From: Macrostomum lignano
Lineage: Eukaryota
Length of the DNA: 64,000 nucleotides
Assembly: GCA_002269645.1 (NCBI GenBank)
Contig: NIVC01001016.1
Location: forward strand, 315,309 to 379,308
Reading direction: 5' to 3'
Below, one piece after another: positions 54,178-64,000 of the stretch (the first letter of the stretch is position 1; each line of letters begins with the position of its first letter). The notes under the pieces were generated by a model. It was not told where the DNA came from and did not search any database. It saw nothing but the letters and a program-made list of their open reading frames with translations. Position numbers and translations under genes: made by a program.

Positions 54178-54644
54178 GGGCAGAGCTGATAGAACTTAGT
54201 CAGTGCTCCTTTGAACGGTCGATTCGGCAGGGCTCTCGTTTGAGTGTAGGTTCTGGTTTAGGCCAGGGGTTAGGAGTCTTCTCCGTTGTCCTGTTCGGTT
54301 TCTCTTTTTTTTCTTCTTCAAGCTGGGATCCGCTTGCCAGTGCGTAATTAAATCATTATTACTAATCGTTTGTCTCGTTATACCTTCGGGCACTAGATTA
54401 TAAGCAAGCTCAATAAGGAAGGAGCAAAATTATTCCTGCAAATCCATTAAAAAAGCACATGTTCTTAAGAACCAATTCCTTCTTCAGTTTTATAAATCAC
54501 CTTATTCGAGTAAAATTGTCATAGACGGACACAGATGTTGGCTATGAATCTCTTTTTGCAAAAAGTAACAAAAAGATAGAAGAAAATAAAGCCAAAAAAC
54601 CGTCACTAAAGATAGCAGGCATTCCCTCTGAATACTTCGAGGTA

Positions 54645-55330
54645 GAAGGCATCCCTCAGATAGCAGGCGTTCCCCCTGAATAGAAAGCATCCCCCAGATA
54701 GCAAGCAAACCCAGATAGCAAGCAACCCCAGATAGCAAGCATCCCCCAGATAGCAAGCAACCCCAGATAGCAAGCATCCCCCAGATAGCAAGCAACCCCA
54801 GATAGCAAGCATCCCCCAGATAGCAAGCAACCCCAGATAGCAAGCATCCCCCAGATAGCAAGCAACCCCAGATAGCAAGCATCCCCCAGATAGCAAGCAA
54901 CCCCAGATAGCAAGCAACCCCAGATAGCAAGCATCCCCCAGATAGCAAGCAACCCCAGATAGCAAGCATCCCCCAGATAGCAAGCAACCCCCAGGTAGCA
55001 AGCATCCCGCAGATAGCAAGCAACCCCAGATAGCAAGCAACCCCAGGTAGCAAGCATCCCCCAGATAGCAAGCAACCCCAGATAGCAAGCATCCCCCAGA
55101 TAGCAAGCAACCCCAGATAGCAAGCATCCCCCAGATAGCAAGCAACCCCCAGATAGCAAGCAACCCCAGATAGCAAGCATCCCCCAGATAGCAAGCAACC
55201 CCAGATAGCAAGCATCCCCCAGATAGCAAGCAACCCCCAGGTAGCAAGCATCCCGCAGATAGCAAGCAACCCCAGATAGCAAGCAACCCCAGGTAGCAAG
55301 CATCCCCCAGATAGCAAGCAACCCCAGATA
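54645..55330. repeat. 17/18-bp alternating minisatellite (CCCAGATAGCAAGCAAC / CCCAGATAGCAAGCATCC)
   Basis: Tandem array; explains three minus-strand repetitive ORFs. Confidence 0.95.
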
Positions 55331-55626
55331 GCAGAAGTTTGTATTGTATATAAAATGCTAAATACGTGTCGTTTAAGTTACTCGTATACACGAAAGAAAT
55401 ACCAACAACTACGATTGTACATCCGCATGCAACATGGTTATGAATGATGTTTCTCACAAAAATCTGCGCCATTACATAGTTAAATAGTCTCTGACTACAT
55501 GTATAGACAAAAAAATTACTAAATAGATAAACTAAGGTTGGATAAAACTTCACGCAAATATCTTGCAGAATTCAGCCGCTAGAGCCAGATAAATTCAACA
55601 CCTCTGCCCACTTTCCGGCGGAGCTC

Positions 55627-56725
55627 ATGAAACTGAATCGCGAGCACTTTTGTGCTATAATTTTTTATGACTATCGCAGCGGCCTTGGTTGCCACCAATG
55701 CCACGAAAGGCTGTCAGTAGTGGCTTTCGCAGAAGCTGCTCCATCGCGTGCAACGGTCAGCAACTGGTTCCGCGAGTTTCGTTGTGGCCGAGACTCGTTG
55801 GAAAATGAGGAGCGTACAGGCCGACCTTCAACTGCCACGACACCAGAAACAGTGGCTCGTGTCCGCCAGCTGGTTGAAGCTGTCAGGCGGATAAACTACA
55901 AGGAGATCGAGGCATCCATTCGCCGGCAATCGCTAAAATCCTTCACGACCACATCGGCTTGCGCAAGCTGACCAGTCGCTGGGTGCCCCACCTGGCGCAG
56001 CCTAAGCAGAAACAGGCCAGGGTCGATTGGTGCCGCCAGATGCTACAAAAGTACAGCGATGCAGCGTCGAAAGCGGTCACTGACATCGTGACATGCGACG
56101 AGACTTAAGTATACTGCTACGAGCCAAAGTGCAAGTGCCAGTCGTAGGTGCGGGCGTTTCCAGACGAGGTGCCGCTAACGAAGTCGTGCAAGGCAGGAGC
56201 ACCGGCAAGCAGATGGTCGCAACTTCACGCGGCGACTGTGCGGCTGCTGGACCAGCGCACGGTGACTGCGGCCTGGTATACCGGTGTCTGGTCGCCGCAG
56301 GTTATCCACAGCCTGAGCAGGACGCGACCAAAGACCGATGTCCGAGGCCTCAGGACAAAGCGAGCGCTCACACGGCTCAGGCAACAAGGCCGTTCCTGCA
56401 GTCTCAGAGACTGCAGCTGACCAGTCACCCGCCATACTCGCCTAATCTGCATGGCACCTTGTGACTTTTTCATAATTCCCTAAAGTCAAGGACTCCCTGC
56501 GTGGCCGCGGCGATGTTCGACTGCAGAGGAGGCTGTTGATGCATTCGACGAGATGGTGAAGGGATGTCGACTTCCGAGTGGCACCACTAGCTGCTTCGTC
56601 ACCTGGTTTCAGAGGATGAGGCGCTGCATCCAGGCTGGTGGAGAATACTTTGAGAAGCTGTGAAAATTTCAGCTTCATAGCTGCTTCTGTTTAGATGTAG
56701 CTAAGAACTTTTGCAGTGCCCCTCG
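55627..56725 (+). mobile_element. Decayed mariner element (frameshifted transposase, right TIR only)
   Basis: MKLNREHFCAIIFYDY..APSRATVSNWFREF..ERTGRP; WVPH, TCDET and HPPYSPNL remnants in different frames; ends GCCCCTCG|TA. No left TIR found. Confidence 0.85.
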
Positions 56726-59469
56726 TACAGTGGTCCTTGAAATAAAGCTGCATGGTCTCAAAAATACATGTTTTCGTTTCAGTGCAGCTAACCGAGGGTA
56801 CAAACAGAATTAATTGCACGAGCACGAAAAAGCATCGAGTTGTGGCCGATTAGACGGTGACAATGTGATTTAACTACTTTTTTCGTCAAAAAATAAAAAT
56901 ATGCCAGTCATACGGCTGAAATTCATATTTCATATAGTTATATTAAATTGGTTAGTTGCGCACATTAGAAAAAGCTAGACTTAGCTAAGGTGTGCTCAGT
57001 TAAAGTGGAACTTCTCGCTCTATGCTGTTTTAGAAAAGCAGAATTTATATTGTCACATGACTGCTTTTTGTACTGAAAATAACAAGTTGCATGATGTAAG
57101 TGCGCATTAAGGACATTAATTATCGCTCTCGAGTGACTGGAATCTAACTACTTGTAGCTCCCCACTTCTGTCTTTTTTAAAGTCTGCCGCCTCTTTACTT
57201 ATGGAATGTACAGTACAAACGAAATCATGTAAGGAAACGAAACCATCAGTTATATGATGTACATGTAAAAATGCACAATGGTTGCTTCGTAAATTTTCAT
57301 TTGCATTGCATTTTGGTTTTCATTTGCATTAGCTTTGCGATTCTTAAGTGATTTTGAGTTTAAAATCGAAGTTTCACGTGCACAACTCGATAATCCTTAC
57401 AAAAAAGGATTTGTGAAATATCCAAATACAGAATATATTCGTTAATTACTTTTCTCATTTAAAACAAAAATCTATTACATTTTTATGCTTTAAATATATG
57501 GTTGTTATCTAGTGTTTCAAAATTAAAACGAATAAAAATTAATTTTTTACTTGTTTAATACATTATTTTTTTACTTATTTCTAATTTGGTTTTAATAACT
57601 ATTATTAACTCATAAACATATACGGAAGATCTCTTTCATAGAAATCTAAAAGAAATCGTAGTGAAAACCGAAGGATAAACCGATAAAGCAGTTAAAGGCT
57701 CACAAATTGGACTACAGTTAAAACTACTTGTAGGCGCTACTGTTGTCAAGTTTCGTGACCTTAATTACATAGTAAAATTGTATGGTATAAATTCAAGCCA
57801 TAATCTTCGTTGTTCCAAATCCAATCCAACTATTTGAAGTGCTGTTTTTTTAACTGAAACATTTGAGTTAATAAATTCGTTTGACATACCTTACAAAAAT
57901 ATAATATTCATATATTATGCTATTGCAATGCAAAGGAGTACTAGTGTTCCAACTCAAGGATTAAATGGCATTCACAGTGGAGCTGCAGAAAATAATGCTT
58001 CAAATTTAAAAAATGTTGAGGAAGAACCAACAGATGCTTTAAAACTACCCTTAAGTATTGTTGATAAGATTGTACCATGTAGCCATGCCAATTGTGATCA
58101 TACATGCAGCAATTGTGTTAACAGTCTAGGGTTAATAGAACAAACAGGTAAATATAATTGCATTTATAAGCTCTATTTCTTTTTTATACTAATATTTATA
58201 CCCATAGCCATAGGTCCCTAGGCCTAGTCATATAAATTGGCTATTTTAAAAAAATTCATGACTTTGTGATTAAAATTAAAAGTTAGGGGCCTATATAAGT
58301 TAAAAACTTATTGCCATGCTCAGAAAGTTGGCTTTTTCATTGAAAATTCAAAGCAAATTTAGCCTAGGGCAGAGCAAAGTGAGGGAAGTAAGGGTAAGGC
58401 AAGGGTAGCTCAAGGGTTCCATTCTAGCTAAAATTGTCAGATTTGAGATTGTCATATGGTTTACAAGAAAAACAATTAAATTACCTAAATTGCCATTGTC
58501 CCAGTATTGGACAATGCTACATTTACTAAATTGTTATATTGTATTATATTGGCTATATAGGCCTAAGGATCTCAACTCAGTCATAGTAGCAACATGTTTT
58601 TGTTTACCATTACCATCAAAACAATTTGCAACTTTAGGCCTAATTTAAATTTATACTATCTGCATAGAGAATATGAAGCCTGTTCTTTGTAAAATTAATA
58701 GTTTATTAACTGAATAATCAAGGTTAACTTACATACAACTAGGAACCTCAGAATACACCAGAATGCTCAATCAGCTTCCAAATCAAAAGCCAAAATAAAC
58801 AAAAAACCATAGACACTACTCCTGAGGTGAAGAAAAGATAAGTAGTACTGAACTTTGATAAGTAGTAACTATTTTATACGTCCATTTGAGGGTAAACATT
58901 TTTATGGACAGAAGGTCACGATTGTATATTTGCAGCTGTAGCGACATGAAAATGTAGATATTAACTATGAACATTCAACGCAAGCTAAAACAGTTTAAAA
59001 ACAGCAGTATGAGCAGCAGTTTAAGCCTCAAACAATAGGCAACCTATACTTGAGCAGATAACAGGCATTGCAGCTTTTGTTGTTCTGCTAAAGCTATACT
59101 CATACTGTGAGCTCTGCGCTTCCTGGCAGCTCAAAGTCAGCAAACTTCTTAGATGAGAGAGATGAAAGCCATTCATTTGTCTACTCATTGTTGTGTAGAT
59201 GTAGCTCAGTTGCACCAGCTGCTTGTGCTGCAGGCTGGACTTGGGCACTGATATTGATTCCCTTCCATATTCTAATCGAGTCCTGCACATTGCAAATCTG
59301 GTAAAAAAACTATCTCCATCTTTTACACTGCTTTCAAGACCGCTTCACTTGGTACATACAGACCGCCATCTACAGATTGTCATTGACTAAACGGCAGTAG
59401 CAGCATTTGCCTCAATTATTGGGCAAATTCCAGGCTAGTGCATGCAAGTTCCAATTTTTCGTCTAATCG

Positions 59470-59880
59470 TCATTCTTGATGGAAGCCGTAAGCCAATGCT
59501 ACGCAAGTATTGGTGGCATCTGGGGCTGTAGTTGTGTGCTTAGCTCTTGGCAAAAGTCTTGGGCAACTGTATATTTCATCAGTGAAGTGGAGGCTGCACA
59601 CAACGGCACATGCCCACTTGTGCTCGTTGGCTTTGCCAAGCAGGTTGGCTCTGTAGAGTTGGCATGCCCATTCTTTGCATCTGTATGAAACAGTTATTAT
59701 GGCATACCTGTCAAAAGGGACTACAATAAATACTCGTAAGATATCATAATACTGATATCATGTACCTTTCAGGACTCTTGATTGGAAACTTATGAAAACA
59801 AACCTCAGGTTGGCTCTATAGAGTCGGCGCGCCCATTCTTTGCATCTTGGACCATCAATTTATTTGAAGTGGCCAAAAAG
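59470..59880 (-). pseudogene. THAP-domain relic (probably from a DNA transposon), partly duplicated
   Basis: The minus strand from 59682 reads RCKEWACQLYRANLLGK..VVCSLHFTDEIY; a second partial copy RCKEWARRLYRANL lies near 59805-59850. Confidence 0.55.
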
Positions 59881-61169
59881 GGTATAAATCTAAGGAATGC
59901 AGGTAACTAAGCTGAGTTATTATACACTAGGCATCAAATAGATAGGATAGATAGATGGAAAGACAAGCGAAAAACATCGTCTATGGCAAAATCAATCTCA
60001 ACACTCGGTTGATGAAAAAAAGCCAGCACTACTCACAAATCACTTCACCTTAGAAGTAGCATAGCTAGTGAATAGTTTTTGCCTCAAAAATTTTTCACAA
60101 GGAGCTTGATTGAGCATTCTGGTGTATTCTGTATCAGAAATTTTATTTTGGATAATATTCCTTTGCAATAATATGAATTACTTGTATGTATGTAAATTTA
60201 TTTTAAGGTTCTGAAAAATACACTATTTTATTGAATTGGATTCCATTTCTAAGAATTTGACTTATTTTTTTGTGTTGAGGTTACCATTATTAGTTTTTAT
60301 TATTTTCTTAATTGACTGATATATTTTTTCCTAATCTAATTCCCTGCCTTGCCCTGTAGTCAAGACTCAAGGTTGTCATATTTAAATGTTAGTCTTATGG
60401 ATTTGGTCAAGTTGTCATTATCATATGACAATTTTGAATATGACAATATATATGGCTAGCCAATATTTGGTAGTAGGAAGCTAGCTAACCAAAATATGCT
60501 AGTAGCTAGGAATTTGCTAGCCAAACTTGCTGCCTTGCTCTTTTTATTTATTGTATGTTTTGATTCTAATTTGAGCCACCTTGATTCATACAAGTAAATA
60601 GCTCATACTGCTACTGCTAGCTATTTAGACTAAGAGTTATATATAAGTATGTTAAAACTTAACTACCTAAACTACCTGTTTTGAAAAAAATTTTGATTGT
60701 TTTGTTGGGCCTGCTTATAATTTTAGTCTGATCAGCCTTTACCTAAATACTTCAAAAAAGAAAATAGGTTTATCTTGACCAAAGCAGCCACATTTTAATG
60801 TGTTTTTAACAAACACATTTTGTATATGAAGTGCATTCAAATTCTTGTAATTTAGAATTGTATTATATTAAGTTTGGCTAACCAAATTGCTGCTCACTGG
60901 TTTTGATTAGATTCCTGCTAGCAGATTTCAGCTAACAAAATCCTTGCTAGCAAGCTTCAGCTAGTAGATTTCCTGCTAGCAAACTGTATAGACATGTTGA
61001 TTTTAATAGTCTATATTATTACTAATTAATATTATGATTTTTTATTATACTGTAAGTCTAAGTCTAACTAAAATAGAACTCAATTCAAGGCCAAGGGATG
61101 TAGATAATTTTGATAATAATTGATTTCAATAACACATTGTTTTGACAATTTTTTACTACAATAACTGAG

Positions 61170-61318
61170 AAACAAACTAAGTAAGTCATTTAAAAAGTTA
61201 CTTTGAATTGTTTGTTTTTTAATATATATTTATATATATATTTTTCCCTGTGAAAAATATATATATTAAAAAACAAACAATTCAAAGTAACTTTTTAAAT
61301 GACTTACTTAGTTTGTTT
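61170..61318. repeat. Near-perfect AT-rich 149-bp palindrome
   Basis: Outer arms of about 60 bp are exact reverse complements; a further inner hairpin surrounds a CCTGT loop. Confidence 0.9.
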
Positions 61319-61636
61319 ATATATATATAGATAAAATGGGCCATATTTTTGGCCTAAAACTATTCAAGGTCTATTTTCTAATACTTGGTTATAATTACTT
61401 GATATAACTTCCTTCTCCCTTCCTTCTCTTTTTCCATCTCTGTAAGCCACAGGAATTGAAAATATTAATTACTAAAATTTGTATAAATCAGTCTAGCTTA
61501 TTTTGATTCTAGAATAGAGTTTTTGGCTATAATAAAATTATTGTTATTAAAGTCAATAAACAAGGTTACGAATTTATACCAATATGACCAATGCATCATT
61601 CTGTGCAGCAATATTAAACAATATTATAATCAACAG

Positions 61637-63000
61637 GCACCACAGCAGTTCGAGGCAGCCTATCAGCCCAAGAACTCGCCGCAGCCCTAGCCGAAAATGG
61701 CAGCAGCGATGGTGTGACGGAGCATTCCCTGTGGCCACTTCTGGCAGCAGTGCAAGCGGCAACAGCAAGTCCGCCACTGCTGGGGTCCACCGAGGACACA
61801 AATTGGCCGGTTTAGGCAAACTGCTCAAGCCATGGAAATGGAAGCGAAAGAAGAAAAATGGCCAGCAACCAAAGCTGCTGGAGGAGCAGGCGGCTAATGC
61901 TGGAGGTGAGCTTGCTTTATCTACTTTTATCTGCCTCACTTATGTCCCTCTCCCTCACATCTCCCCTCTCCCTCACTCATCTCCCCTCTCCCTCACTTAC
62001 CTCACCTCTCCCTCACTTATCTCACCTCTCCCTCACTTATTTCACCTCTCCCTCACTTATTTCACCTCTCCCTCACTTATCTTCCCTCTCCCCCACTTTC
62101 CACCCACTGTCTTCAATCAAATTTTAATATTTCAGCCGCTGACACAGTTGAAGCCCCTGACACAGCAGGCTTCGATAGTAACTCTGTGCCTTCACCAGGC
62201 CTGCAATCCGGTGAGCTCATTAATTTAGTTTTTTCCCAGTAAAAAAACTTCCTTTCAAGATTTTATTTTTGTATGTTGATGTCACTGGCAAATGTTTTGT
62301 TATTATATACGTTAATATGATACGACAAAATTTCATCACTTTGATCAAACGTAGCCAGAAACATCAAAGTCAAAGTTGTGAACTTTCGAGTTTGTGAACT
62401 TTCGAACAACTTGTGACCCATTCGAGTTTGTGAACTTGAAAAAAACTTGTGACCTTTCGAGTTTGTGACCTTTCGAGTTTGTGACCTTTCGAGTTTGTGA
62501 CCCTTCGACTTTGTGACCTTTCGAGTTTGTGAACTTTAAAACTTGTAACATTCTAGTTTGTGAACTTTCAAAATTGTGACCAATTCGAGTTTGTGAACTT
62601 TCAAAATTGTGACCCATTCGAGTTTGTAAACTTTCGAACTTGTGACCTTTCGAGTTTGTGAACTTTCAAAATTGTAAAATCTGAGGCTTGTGAAACGCCT
62701 TTATCGTGATACTATGATCGCGGTATATTAATATATCTTTGTGAACGCACGCTAACACATCGATCAGCTCCGCGTATTCGGTTGTTGCCGAGTCACCAGC
62801 AACAACAGCAGCAGCAGCAACAAAAGATGCGTAGAAAGGCCAGCACTAATTCTGATCAGCTGATTGACCAATCGTCTGTAGCACTGCGGCCCAGACCGTT
62901 CCATCGGATTCTGTCAGCTGACAATGCTGATCAAGGTCGACCTGCTCGGCCTCGGCCTCTATTGATCCTTTCGCCTCAGTTGCCCATCTCAGACCAGCAG
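61637..63000 (+). CDS. Probable phosphatase-and-actin-regulator (PHACTR-like) gene, 5' exons; continues beyond this span
   Basis: Exon 61637-61905 has KLAGLGKLLKPWKWKRKKK, resembling the PHACTR N-terminal motif. Phase-1-compatible exons follow at 62136-62210 and from 62768 (polyQ). No RPEL repeats seen in the window. Confidence 0.6.
61925..62100. repeat. Pyrimidine-rich ~20-bp repeat (CTCTCCCTCACTTAT..)
   Basis: Intronic tandem repeat. Confidence 0.85.
62378..62675. repeat. ~16-bp TTCGAGTTTGTGA(C/A)C minisatellite
   Basis: Intronic tandem repeat. Confidence 0.88.
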
Positions 63001-63194
63001 CAGTTTAGCTTTGGTGTGGCTTTCAGTTTTTTGAAAATTTGTTTTTTTCGGCAGTGCATCCGCTGTTAAAATATTATTTGTCGAAAAGTGCATGGCAAAC
63101 TAGTGACTTTTACCCGTGTGCTTTCAGAAAGTTCTTTTTTTATTTTTTACTACCAGATATGCACGATTTGTTTCTGACTGCGTCTCCCAATGCT

Positions 63195-63510
63195 GTCAGC
63201 CTCCCAGATCCTCAGTTGCTGGGCCAGCCTCCCAGATCCTCAGTTGCTGGGCCAGCCTCCCAGATCCTCAGTTGCTGGGCCAGCCTCCCAGATCCTCAGT
63301 CGCTGGGCCAGCCTCCCAGATCCTCAGTCGCTGGGCCAGCCTCCCAGATCCTCAGTCGCTGGGCCAGCCTCCAGATCCTCAGTTGCTGGGCCAGCCTCCC
63401 AGTGTCAGTTGCTGGGCCAGCCTCCCAGATCCTCAGTTTCTGGGCCAGCCTCTTAAATCCTCAGTTGCTAGGCCAGCCTCCCAGAGTGTCAGTTGCTTGA
63501 CCAGCCTCCC
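63195..63510. repeat. 28-bp minisatellite (CAGCCTCCCAGATCCTCAGTTGCTGGGC)
   Basis: Shares CAGCCTCCCAGATCCTCAG with the 25745-26590 array. Confidence 0.92.
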
Positions 63511-64000
63511 AGCTGCTCACTTACTTAAACATAAAGAATGAATAGCATATTAAAAATTATTAAACTTGTGTTTTTTTGCATTTTGCAATGCCATGCAAGA
63601 TCTCTAATTTGCTTGGAACTAAAATTTATTATAATTTTCAGTGTAAGCATTGCTGTTGTGTGATAGACTAATAGGTTTAGTAAAATTTGTTATTAATTAG
63701 CCCCTATGTGCATGTCAAGCTAGTCTATCATCACGTCACATCGCGTCATTTTGCCCGATCTGCTTTGAAGTTTGAGTTGAAAATGATTGCCTGTAGTCGG
63801 AATCAATGTATATTTTATAAGAATCCTTGGGTCTTGCTGCTTCAAGAATATTTCTCTGAGTAATCCGCCCCTTCATCTCTTCATCAGCCATCTTCATCAT
63901 CGCCTACTAATTCGCCAAACGCCTCTTCATTCCTGAAACCATTCAAACCATCTGCAGCTTCGCCAACTGCCCGTGTATCAGGCGGGTGCCCGTACTGCCT

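Noticed and set aside
54502-55553. Hydrophobic Cys/Leu-rich ORFs resembling membrane proteins
   Set aside because: Translations of the 17/18-bp minisatellite.
59021-59290. Possible RTE-type LINE C-terminal remnant (RQMNGFHLSHLRSLL)
   Set aside because: Only one weak motif, with no RT core or 3' tail visible; not enough to call.

Overview
Eukaryotic (animal) genomic DNA with spliceosomal GT-AG introns, many of them filled with micro- or minisatellites, and a dense transposon load. The repeat style is compatible with a flatworm such as Macrostomum, but that is inference only. There are no prokaryotic features and no CRISPR array. Genes rebuilt by hand with consistent splice phases: (1) two tandem paralogues of a secreted, probably GPI-anchored protein with two 8-Cys three-finger/Ly6-like domains; (2) a secreted PAN/apple + fibrinogen-domain protein; (3) a 7-exon brat-type TRIM-NHL gene with a variant RING; (4) two paralogues of a small permuted papain-like (LRAT/PPPDE-type) H/NC-motif protein, one frameshifted; (5) 5' exons of a probable PHACTR gene. 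Mobile DNA includes an intact DD34D mariner, a decayed mariner, a mariner-type MITE split by a 2-kb solo-LTR-like element (three copies in the window), a decayed Gypsy gag-protease element, a THAP relic and a 5S rRNA copy in a brat intron. The most striking structure is a 4.3-kb Polinton/Maverick-derived fold-back element (16682-21003). It has AGTAGTAG...CTACTACT ends, a 6-bp CATATC target duplication inside a 39-bp minisatellite, and two ~1.7-1.9-kb inverted arms, each with a promoter-like region and an internally deleted protein-primed DNA polymerase B pointing inward. Most long ORFs in the supplied track are repeat artefacts.
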